Source of the DNA: Olavius algarvensis associated proteobacterium Delta 3
GTDB lineage: Bacteria; Desulfobacterota; Desulfobacteria; Desulfobacterales; CAFBRK01
Reading direction: 5' to 3'
NCBI GenBank assembly: GCA_903231505.1
Contig: CAFBRK010000074.1
Location: 6,640-30,639 of the forward strand
Length of the DNA stretch: 24,000 nucleotides
Below, in pieces: positions 1-7,265 of this stretch (positions within the stretch are counted from its first letter, which is position 1; every line of letters starts with the position of its first letter). The position numbers and the translations under genes were made by a program. The notes beneath the pieces are model-generated. The model saw only the letters and a list, made by a program, of their open reading frames with translations. It ran no database searches and was not told the DNA's origin.

Positions 1-2
1 TC

Positions 3-203
3 ATCGCAAACATCCACTATGATGTGATGCAACACATTGTCGCTTCCGACGGCTTTTTGCAAAAACGCGGCTATATCCTGTCCGGCATTCTGCGAAGCCA
101 GGCCCGAGAGCTGGAATTCCGAGTGGCCGAACGAAGGCGCCGCGTGATCAGTAAATGGGATCATGAAAACACCTGGTTTACGTTTTACGGCCAGACGGCG
201 TGA
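3..203 (+). CDS. 3' end of a PrmA-like (ribosomal protein L11 methyltransferase family) SAM-dependent methyltransferase; 5' part is outside the window
   Basis: Frame 3 is open from the window edge to TGA 201-203. It reads IANIHYDVMQHIVASDGFLQKRGYILSGILRSQARELEFRVAERRRRVISKWDHENTWFTFYGQTA. The ANI ... G-x-I-LSGIL-x-x-Q ... W pattern matches the C-terminal region of PrmA-type methyltransferases. It is absent from the ORF track because it has no start codon in the window. Confidence 0.5.
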   Translation: MANIHYDVMQHIVASDGFLQKRGYILSGILRSQARELEFRVAERRRRVISKWDHENTWFTFYGQTA

Positions 204-326
204 CACGACATAGGGCTTCCCCAGTACCGGAGGAATAAATGGAATATTTCGAGGATTGAATGCTGCTGCCAACGAAGATATTGGGCATGAAGGGAATTTT
301 TGAAATCACTTCTACCGGGGAATGTT

Positions 327-1064
327 ATGGATGAGCTGATTGCCCGAGCCGCCAAAGATCTGACGGCCGCCACCCATGTCGTCGCGCTAACCGGGGCCGG
401 CATATCCGTGGAGAGCGGAATCCCTCCCTTCCGGGGCAAGGGCGGGGTCTGGGAAAAAATCGATCCCATGGAGTATGCCCATATTGACGCGTTCATGAAC
501 GATCCGGCCAAGGTATGGCATGTGCTGCTCAAGGACATGACACGCCTCCTGGGGCAGGCGGAACCGAATGATGCCCATATCGCTCTGGGAGAATTGGAAA
601 AACGAGGCACGCTCAAAACCATCATTACCCAGAACGTGGATGGACTGCATCAACGCGCCGGGAACACGGATGTCATCGAATTTCATGGGAGTTTTGCGCA
701 GTACCGATGCCTGACCTGTGAGCAGCAGGAGGCATCCGCCGGCATCGATATACGGGAAATCCCGCCGCGTTGCGCCTGTGGCGGAATATGGAGACCGGAG
801 TGCGTCTTCTTCGGTGAGATGATTCCTCCCCGGCATTTATGGCGCTCGAAGCTGGCGGCAACCCAGTGCGACCTCATGCTGGTTATCGGTACCTCTGCCG
901 TGGTCCAACCGGCTGCCTTCATGCCGGTGGTCGCCAAAGAATCCGGCGCCAGGGTGATCGAAGTCAACCCGGATCCGACGCCGCTGACCGGAAGCATCAG
1001 CGATTATCTGATTCAGGGTAATGCTGGAGATGTCATGAGTCGAATACTAAAAGAAATGCCTTAA
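327..1064 (+). CDS. cobB: NAD-dependent protein deacylase, Sir2/CobB family
   Basis: Sirtuin motifs are all present: GAGISVESGIPPFRG, TQNVDGLH, the catalytic HG, Zn-ribbon cysteines CLTC...CACG, and VFFGE. The track ORF starts at TTG 300. ATG 327 (MDELIARAAK) with GGGGA upstream is the more likely start. Confidence 0.9.
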   Translation: MDELIARAAKDLTAATHVVALTGAGISVESGIPPFRGKGGVWEKIDPMEYAHIDAFMNDPAKVWHVLLKDMTRLLGQAEPNDAHIALGELEKRGTLKTIITQNVDGLHQRAGNTDVIEFHGSFAQYRCLTCEQQEASAGIDIREIPPRCACGGIWRPECVFFGEMIPPRHLWRSKLAATQCDLMLVIGTSAVVQPAAFMPVVAKESGARVIEVNPDPTPLTGSISDYLIQGNAGDVMSRILKEMP

Positions 1065-1071
1065 ATAGTTG

Positions 1072-1164
1072 AATGCCTGAATTGCCTAAAATGCCTAAAA
1101 TGGAATGTCGTATTCGGCATCCTTTTTATTTTAGGCATTTTAGGCATTTTGAATTTTAGGCATT
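1072..1164. repeat. Long imperfect palindrome built from about 3 forward and 3 inverted copies of the motif (A)TGCCTAAAA(T); probable terminator-like hairpin after the Sir2 gene
   Basis: Forward copies lie at about 1074-1101 (tgcctga, tgcctaaa, tgcctaaaat). Inverted copies attttaggca lie at about 1128-1164. 1083-1101 is perfectly complementary to 1128-1146 (19 bp). The inner loop contains a second small stem, tgtcg/cggca. Confidence 0.7.
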
Positions 1165-1198
1165 ATTGAAACGCGATCGACCGAAGGGCCGCGCAACT

Positions 1199-2749
1199 AT
1201 GCCGGAAACCGAGCACCGTTGGGTCATTGACCTTGAGCTAACCCCTCCTTCCCTGGGAGACAATACCGCCGACGCGGACCGGCTGGTCGCCGGGTTGCAG
1301 AAGCAGCTGGGTTCTCCAAACGTCAGCCTCGACAGAACGGCACTGCTGCCGCTTCCGGATCTGCTTCGAAAAAACAATTACCGGGTTCGGTGCATTGTTT
1401 GCCGGGACCGGGGTGCGTGGAAGGTCATTTTTGCAACCGGGCCGGCGGATGACCGGCCCATTGCGGGTCTGGCCGTCGATCTGGGCACATCCCGTGTGGT
1501 CTTGCGGCTGGTCGGCCTGGCAGACGGTCGGACATTGGCCGAATCCGCTTTTGACAATCCCCAGCTAAACGTCGGCGCCGACATCCTGGCCCGGATCCAT
1601 TATGCCGATACCACCGACGGCCTGGAGCACCTGCAGAAATTGATTGTCGATGGATTGAACCGGCACATGGCCTTGCTGTGCCGGCAGGCGGACATCACCC
1701 AAGAGCAGATCCATCTGGCTGCCATCGCCGGCAATACGGCCATGAGCCATCTGTTGTTAGGCACCAATCCACACTGGATGATTCGGGAGCCCTATATTCC
1801 GGCGGTGAATCGGCCGGGGCTGACACGGGCATCGGATTTGGGTCTCAACATCCATCCCGGCGGACGTGTGCTGGTCTTTCCGAACATCGGCAGCTATTTT
1901 GGCGGCGATCTGATTGCGGGTATCCTGTACTCGGATCTCCACCGTCGGGAGAACACCGCTATCCTTGTCGATGTCGGTACCAATGCAGAGGTAGTGCTGG
2001 GCAATCACAACTGGCTCATGGCTTGCGCTGGAGCGGCCGGACCGGCCCTCGAAGGCGGCGTCACGAAAATGGGGATGATGGCCGGGCCGGGTGTCATCGA
2101 CCGTATCGACATCGACCCGAAAACGCATCAATTTCAGGTACACACCATAGAGAATCAAAAACCCATCGGTATCTGCGGATCCGGGCTGATCGATCTGGCC
2201 GCTCAGATGTTTCTGGCCGGCATGATCGACCTGCGGGGCAAACTGGTTCCCGGACGCTGCGACGGTCGGTATCAAGAGAAAGACGGTTTGGGTTACCTGG
2301 TCGTGATCGCCGCCGACAGGTCGGGCACCGGCAAAGACCTGACTATCGGCCAGGCGGATTTGGACAGCCTCACCCGATCCAAGGCAGCCATGTTCACCAT
2401 ACTGGAAACGATTACCACCACCGTGGGCGTGGCCATGCAGGATTTATCCAAATTTTATGTGGCCGGCACATTTGGATCGTTCATCCGACCAGCCTCGGCC
2501 ATCTCCATCGGCATGCTGCCGGACCTGGACATTGACCGCTACAAGCCGCTGGGAAACAGTTCTCTGGGGGGGGCGACCATGGCCCTGATGTCCACAGATG
2601 CCGTCGATGAGATCGATGCCATCCAGGAGCGTATCACTTACATGGAACTGAATGTGAACCAGGACTTCATGAATCGGTTCTCCGCTGCGAAATTCTTCCC
2701 CCACACGGATCCGAGTCGGTTCCCCTCCGTCCAAGTCTGGCAGGAATAA
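1199..2749 (+). CDS. ASKHA-fold ATPase of the RACo (reductive activator of corrinoid proteins) / DUF4445 family, lacking the N-terminal [2Fe-2S] ferredoxin domain
   Basis: Actin/sugar-kinase-like phosphate motifs are present: GLAVDLGTSRVV, IAGNTAMSHLLLG, ILVDVGTNAEVVLG, ACAGAAGPALEGG, GICGSGLIDL. No Cys cluster is found in the first ~95 aa. The track start is TTG 1166; ATG 1199 (MPETEHRW) with GAAGGG upstream is preferred. Confidence 0.75.
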   Translation: MPETEHRWVIDLELTPPSLGDNTADADRLVAGLQKQLGSPNVSLDRTALLPLPDLLRKNNYRVRCIVCRDRGAWKVIFATGPADDRPIAGLAVDLGTSRVVLRLVGLADGRTLAESAFDNPQLNVGADILARIHYADTTDGLEHLQKLIVDGLNRHMALLCRQADITQEQIHLAAIAGNTAMSHLLLGTNPHWMIREPYIPAVNRPGLTRASDLGLNIHPGGRVLVFPNIGSYFGGDLIAGILYSDLHRRENTAILVDVGTNAEVVLGNHNWLMACAGAAGPALEGGVTKMGMMAGPGVIDRIDIDPKTHQFQVHTIENQKPIGICGSGLIDLAAQMFLAGMIDLRGKLVPGRCDGRYQEKDGLGYLVVIAADRSGTGKDLTIGQADLDSLTRSKAAMFTILETITTTVGVAMQDLSKFYVAGTFGSFIRPASAISIGMLPDLDIDRYKPLGNSSLGGATMALMSTDAVDEIDAIQERITYMELNVNQDFMNRFSAAKFFPHTDPSRFPSVQVWQE

Positions 2750-2757
2750 AATCCCAT

Positions 2758-3005
2758 CGCAAAGACGCAAAGGTCGCAGAGATGATCTGTTTTATGTTTT
2801 CCGCTGCCCATTCGAGAGCCTCAGGGCAAGGAGGGCGGAAAACATAAAAGGAGCTTCCTGAAAGAACTTGTCGGAGGCGATATAATCGAAACGCTATTCC
2901 TCAAGTGCCACGTTCGGATGCCCGAAGGGCTGCGAATCATTTCATGTGCCGGCGTCTCAGCGGCACATGAAATATACTTTCTCTGCGAACTCTGCGTCTT
3001 TAGCG
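2758..3005. repeat. ~248-bp MITE/REP-like intergenic element bounded by ~25-bp imperfect terminal inverted repeats and containing nested perfect hairpins
   Basis: Left end cgcaaagacgcaaaggtcgcagaga (2758-2782) matches the reverse complement of the right end tctctgcgaactctgcgtctttagcg (2980-3005), with 2 mismatches and 1 indel. Internal perfect inverted repeats are 2790-2804/2835-2849 (15 bp) and 2939-2951/2961-2973 (13 bp). Confidence 0.55.
2939..2973. terminator. Candidate bidirectional terminator hairpin between convergent genes (ASKHA +, EamA -)
   Basis: Perfect 13-bp stem atttcatgtgccg / cggcacatgaaat with a 9-nt loop. It lies 63 nt beyond the stop of the minus-strand transporter gene, in a convergent gap. 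The flanking U-tract is weak. Confidence 0.45.
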
Positions 3006-3035
3006 CAGCGGGTGTTAATCCCTTGCGAGCGGCCG

Positions 3036-3986
3036 TCAGGATAACGGTTCGGTGACGCTGTCCGAAGTGCCGGGAAGCGAAGATGTGGCGGGTTTCCGCC
3101 TATAAAGCTCCCAGAGTTGAGACAACAGCATTCCGGCCAACATGAGTGCGCAACCGGTGAATCCTCTGGCGGAGAGCCGCTCACCCAGAAGAATCCATCC
3201 TCCCAGGGCGGCAAACACCGCTTCCAGACTCAGAAGAATGGCTGCATGGGCCGGGTGCGCATGGCGCTGGGCGACGACCTGGAGGGTATAGGCGATCCCT
3301 ACGGACATAACCCCGCCATAAAGGATCGGAACAAGTGCATTGACAATTCCGTCCATGGTCATGGTCTCGAAGATGACGGCCGTGATCAGGCTCAGGGCGG
3401 AACAGGCGGCATACTGGAAACAGGCGAGTTTCAGGGAGTCGGTGCGGGGAGACAGCCATCCGATAATCAGCACGTGGCCGGCCCAGAAAAACGCTCCGAT
3501 CAATTCAAGGAGATCGCCGAAGGCGATGGTAAAATTATCCGTGACGCTCAGCAGGTAGAGTCCCACCGCCGCCAGAAAAGCACCGACCCAGGTCCCGCCG
3601 CCCGGTCGCTGTCCCCAGATCAGCCCCAGAATCGGCACGATGACGACATACAATCCCGTGATGAATCCGGCATTGCCGGCTGTTGTATAGACCAGTCCGA
3701 CCTGCTGAAGAGATGCCCCGGCAAACAGTGCCAGGCCTGTGAGCGCGCCGGCGGCGATCAGTGCCTTTCCACCCACGGGATCGTGAGGCGATTCAAAGCG
3801 GTCTCGCCTGCCGGAGTTACGGATGATCATTGGAAGCAGCACGAGGCTGCCGAGCGCAAACCGGATGCCATTGAAGGTAAACGGCCCGACATGATCCATA
3901 CCGACCCGCTGGGCCACGAAGGCAAAGCCCCAGATCGTGGCGGTCACCAGCAGCAGTGCATCGGATTTTAGGGTGGTGGTTTGCAT
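3036..3986 (-). CDS. EamA/DMT-superfamily transporter (10-TM drug/metabolite exporter family)
   Basis: MQTTTLKSDALLLVTATIWGFAFVAQRVGMDHVGPFTFNGIRFALGSLVLLP is followed by two EamA-like hydrophobic halves. The track ORF extends to 4070, but ATG 3986 begins the conserved region. Confidence 0.85.
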   Translation of the reverse strand: MQTTTLKSDALLLVTATIWGFAFVAQRVGMDHVGPFTFNGIRFALGSLVLLPMIIRNSGRRDRFESPHDPVGGKALIAAGALTGLALFAGASLQQVGLVYTTAGNAGFITGLYVVIVPILGLIWGQRPGGGTWVGAFLAAVGLYLLSVTDNFTIAFGDLLELIGAFFWAGHVLIIGWLSPRTDSLKLACFQYAACSALSLITAVIFETMTMDGIVNALVPILYGGVMSVGIAYTLQVVAQRHAHPAHAAILLSLEAVFAALGGWILLGERLSARGFTGCALMLAGMLLSQLWELYRRKPATSSLPGTSDSVTEPLS

Positions 3987-4269
3987 GAGGTAATTTTCGA
4001 AAGCCGTTATCTTGTTTGGTGTTTCTCCCGATGAGCGGGAGAAGAGGGTCCAGGGATCACTCCCACGCAAGTTGAATTTCCAGCGTTTATGTATTTAAAA
4101 GCCACAACCGGACGGGAAATGATCCTCTTGATCCGCATCCGGGCGACGGCCGGAAAATGAGCACCATATCTGTCCTTCTGCAGCGGGTCAAGGGAAAGCG
4201 GCTCGATGGGACCCGGATATCGTCGCAACCTGCTGAAACGATTTCATGCGTGCTGGGTAACGCCAGGAT

Positions 4270-4298
4270 TTGACAAATGCATGTTCTGCCGCAATCAT
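4270..4298 (+). promoter_or_regulatory. Candidate sigma-70-type promoter for the rhomboid-MoxR cluster
   Basis: TTGACA (4270-4275), a 17-nt spacer, then AATCAT (4293-4298). It lies about 40 nt upstream of ATG 4336. Identified by sequence pattern only. Confidence 0.3.
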
Positions 4299-4335
4299 TT
4301 GGCCACATGCTTCTTCAACGAAAGTCACATTTGAC

Positions 4336-5187
4336 ATGAACCGTACATCCCGAACCTCGATCCTGTGTCCGAACTGCCGACGCCTTGTCAGCGCCGATGA
4401 AGCGCGCTGCCCCCACTGCGGTGAACGGCGGCCCGGCAGCCGATTGAAAAACAACTTTCTCACCCGCCACCTGGCGGAATCGGATCGACTGGTGCGCACC
4501 ATCATCATCGCCAACGTCGCCATGTTTTGCCTGTCGTTGTTTCTCAACTCCCGGATGCCCGGGTTGTCGATGAATCCCTTTCACGTGCTGTCGCCGGAGA
4601 ACCGGAGCCTGCTGTTATTGGGCGCCACAGGAACCATCCCCATCGACCGCTTCGGCCGCCTCTGGACACTGATATCGGCCGTGTACCTGCATGGAGGCCT
4701 CCTGCACATAGCATTCAACATGCTGGCGTTGAGCCAACTGGCGCCGGTGGTCATCCGTGAGTTCGGCGGTTACCGTGCCTTTAGCATCTACACTCTGGGC
4801 GGCGTTGCCGGATATTGGATTTCCTACAGGGCGGGGGTGACCTTTACGATCGGGGCCTCCGGGGCGGTTTGTGCGATGATCGGAGCCCTGCTTTACTACG
4901 GTCTGAGTCGGGGGGGACTCTACGGTCAGGCGCTCTTCAAGCAAATCGGCGCGTGGGCGGTCGGTATCTTGCTGTTCGGATTCATGGTGCCGGGAATCAA
5001 CAACTGGGCCCACGGCGGCGGCGTCCTTGCCGGTGCAGCCCTGGGTTTCTTTCTGGGGTATCGGGAACGCCGAAAAGAGGGCCGCCTTCACCGGATCCTC
5101 GGGCATGGTTGCGCCGGGCTGACCCTGGTAATCCTGTCTTATGCCGCCGCTTCAGGCATTTACGACCGCCTCCAGATCGGGGGATAA
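4336..5187 (+). CDS. Rhomboid-family intramembrane serine protease with N-terminal zinc-ribbon
   Basis: N-terminal CPNCRRLVSADEARCPHCG zinc ribbon. Rhomboid motifs are HGGLLHIAFNMLAL, the catalytic GASGAVCAMIGA (GxSG), and the WAHGGGVLAGAALG histidine helix. ATG 4336 is preferred over the track's TTG 4270. Confidence 0.85.
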   Translation: MNRTSRTSILCPNCRRLVSADEARCPHCGERRPGSRLKNNFLTRHLAESDRLVRTIIIANVAMFCLSLFLNSRMPGLSMNPFHVLSPENRSLLLLGATGTIPIDRFGRLWTLISAVYLHGGLLHIAFNMLALSQLAPVVIREFGGYRAFSIYTLGGVAGYWISYRAGVTFTIGASGAVCAMIGALLYYGLSRGGLYGQALFKQIGAWAVGILLFGFMVPGINNWAHGGGVLAGAALGFFLGYRERRKEGRLHRILGHGCAGLTLVILSYAAASGIYDRLQIGG

Positions 5188-5189
5188 CC

Positions 5190-6107
5190 ATGCGAGAACC
5201 CTTTGAGGAGATCGTCAGCCAGATCGGCACCGTGGTTCTGGGAAAGCAGAAACAGATCCAACTTGCCCTGACCTGTCTCCTTGCACGGGGCCATCTTCTC
5301 ATCGAAGACCTGCCGGGAATCGGAAAAACAACCTTGGCCAAGGTACTGTCCAAATGTCTCGGTCTCCGTTTCCAACGTATCCAGTTCACCAGCGACCTGC
5401 TCCCGGGGGACATCCTCGGCACATCGGTCTTCGATCGAAAGAACGGCTCATTTATTTTTCATCCGGGCCCTATCTTTACTCAGGTGCTGCTGGCCGACGA
5501 AATCAACCGGGCGACACCCAAAACACAGAGTGCCCTGCTGGAAGCCATGGAAGAGCGTCAGGTGACCGTCGAGGGAAAAACCCGGCGTCTGAAAGAACCC
5601 TTCTATGTCATCGCCACCCAAAACCCATTCGAGCAGTCCGGAACCTTTCCCCTGCCCGAGTCCCAGCTGGATCGCTTTCTGATGCGCATCCATCTGGGCT
5701 ACCCCGGACGTGAAGCGGAAAAAACACTGCTGCAAAAGGGCGATGTGCAGCAAGCGCTTTCCGATTTAAGACCGTTTCTGACCAACGGGAATGTCATGCG
5801 CATCCAGGAACAGATTGCGCAAGTTCACGCCTCCGACACACTTCTGGAGTATGTCGAAGATCTGCTCCTGTTTTCACGATCCGCACCCGACTTCGCCCTT
5901 GGCCTGTCGCCCCGGGCAGGGTTGTCCATACTACGGGCGGCGCGTTCATGGGCGTTTCTACGGGGGCGAGATTTCGTCCTTCCCGAAGACGTGCAAAAAG
6001 TGCTGCCCTGGGTCGTCGCTCACCGGCTCCGCTCAAGAGAAGATTACCGCGAATTTTCCCATGAGAAACTTATGGAAATTCTGCTTCAGGTTCCGGTACC
6101 GACCTGA
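5190..6107 (+). CDS. MoxR-family AAA+ ATPase
   Basis: MREPFEEIVSQIGTVVLGKQKQIQLALTCLLARGHLLIEDLPGIGKTTLAK (Walker A), VLLADEINRATPKTQSALLEAMEE (Walker B/sensor) and the ATQNP motif. ATG 5190 lies 2 nt after the rhomboid stop. The track ORF 4815-6107 has a spurious N-terminal extension overlapping the rhomboid gene. Confidence 0.9.
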   Translation: MREPFEEIVSQIGTVVLGKQKQIQLALTCLLARGHLLIEDLPGIGKTTLAKVLSKCLGLRFQRIQFTSDLLPGDILGTSVFDRKNGSFIFHPGPIFTQVLLADEINRATPKTQSALLEAMEERQVTVEGKTRRLKEPFYVIATQNPFEQSGTFPLPESQLDRFLMRIHLGYPGREAEKTLLQKGDVQQALSDLRPFLTNGNVMRIQEQIAQVHASDTLLEYVEDLLLFSRSAPDFALGLSPRAGLSILRAARSWAFLRGRDFVLPEDVQKVLPWVVAHRLRSREDYREFSHEKLMEILLQVPVPT

Positions 6108-6185
6108 CGAAAAAGAACCCGTGCCCAGATGTCCCAACCCGATGCTCCACCAGAGGGGGCCGGTTTGTCCTGGATACTTTCCGGG

Positions 6186-6260
6186 CATTGGAGTTCTGGA
6201 GTATTGGAGTGTCGAAAAAAAGATCTTGTGGCATCCATTGCTCCGTCACTCCATCACCCC
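6186..6260. repeat. REP-like imperfect hairpin made of GGAGT / ACTCC units in the moxR-DUF58 spacer
   Basis: cattGGAGTtctGGAGTattGGAGTgtcg (6186-6214) faces ccattgCTCCgtcACTCCatcacccc (6235-6260). It sits in an unusually long (228 bp) gap inside an otherwise tightly packed cluster. Confidence 0.45.
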
Positions 6261-6335
6261 GGTTGAATGCATTTCAGGTAGCATCGGTTGTCTCCGACAT
6301 CGCCCATGGCGCCGGGGTTACATGAACGAACCAAC

Positions 6336-7265
6336 ATGAGCCGCCAACTGCGCAACAACACCCAGATGCTTCGCCGGGGTGCCATCTATGTGCTGCCGAC
6401 CCGCACGGGCCTGGTATTCATCGCAGTGCTGGCAGCGATGCTGATGGGGTCGGTGAATCACAACAACAACTTCGCCTTCCTGCTGACGTTTCTGCTGGCC
6501 GGCATTCTCTTCGTGTCGATCTTCGACACCCATCAAAACCTCACCAAACTGGAAATCCAAGCGATCACCGCCTCCCCCGTGTTCCTGAACCGAACGGCAT
6601 TTTTTGAATGTCTGATCCGGAATCACGGTCCGAAGCGATGCAGCGTGGCGTTTCAATTTCCGGGATATCCGGAACGATTGCTCGCCGATCTGGCCCCTGA
6701 CAGCATCGACTGCGTGCGGGTGCCCTTGAAACCCATCCGGAGAGGTGTCGTCAAACCGGAAAAAATGCGCATATCCACGCGATACCCTCTGGGCCTGTTT
6801 CGAGCATGGGCCTTCATCGCCGTCGGCACCGACTGTATCGTGTATCCGGCACCGGCACCGGGAGCGTTTCGAACCGATCCCGCTCCGGATACCCTTGGCA
6901 GCGGCACCGCGCCTTCGAAGGCGAGAGGCTCTGCCGATTTCCAGGGATTGACCGCCTACCAGCCCGGAGATCCCTTGCAGCACATATCCTGGAAGGCGTT
7001 CTCCCGAGAGCAGGGGCTCTACGTCAAAACCTTTGCCGACCCGTCAGGGGAGACTATCACACTGGATTGGGGGGCTATCCGGGGGGCCGCTCCGGAACGG
7101 AAACTTTCCCGTCTGTGTGACATGGTCTTGAAGGCAGATCGCCTTGGGATGGCCTATGGATTGGCCCTGCCGGGACAACGCATCCCACCCGCCCGGGGAG
7201 AGACCCACAAACGTGCCTGCCTGCGATCCCTGGCGCTTTTTGGGAATCCGGAGGCCATGCCGTGA
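6336..7265 (+). CDS. DUF58-domain protein (MoxR partner)
   Basis: Two N-terminal TM helices (LVFIAVLAAMLMGSV..., FAFLLTFLLAGILFV) and the DUF58 core DFQGLTAYQPGDPLQHISWKAFSREQGLYVKTF. Position between MoxR and a transglutaminase is typical. Start ATG 6336 (MSRQLRNN) is preferred; 6288 and 6306 are alternatives. Confidence 0.8.
   Translation: MSRQLRNNTQMLRRGAIYVLPTRTGLVFIAVLAAMLMGSVNHNNNFAFLLTFLLAGILFVSIFDTHQNLTKLEIQAITASPVFLNRTAFFECLIRNHGPKRCSVAFQFPGYPERLLADLAPDSIDCVRVPLKPIRRGVVKPEKMRISTRYPLGLFRAWAFIAVGTDCIVYPAPAPGAFRTDPAPDTLGSGTAPSKARGSADFQGLTAYQPGDPLQHISWKAFSREQGLYVKTFADPSGETITLDWGAIRGAAPERKLSRLCDMVLKADRLGMAYGLALPGQRIPPARGETHKRACLRSLALFGNPEAMP

Noticed and set aside
1072-1164. Possible CRISPR array (regularly spaced short repeats); the same question was asked of 9253-9334
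   Set aside because: The units are only ~9-10 nt, directly abutting with no spacers, and arranged as inverted halves. No cas genes are present. They are better explained as hairpin or REP-type elements.
4023-4043. 8-bp hairpin (ttctcccg/cgggagaa) in the 5' leader of the minus-strand EamA gene, considered as a riboswitch or attenuator
   Set aside because: It is a single short stem with no recognisable riboswitch consensus and no following U-tract on the relevant strand. Evidence is insufficient to call a regulatory element.
4815-5189. N-terminal 125-aa extension of the MoxR ORF given in the track
   Set aside because: The extension overlaps the rhomboid gene in another frame and is Arg/Gly-rich junk. 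The conserved MoxR N-terminus begins at ATG 5190, directly after the rhomboid stop.
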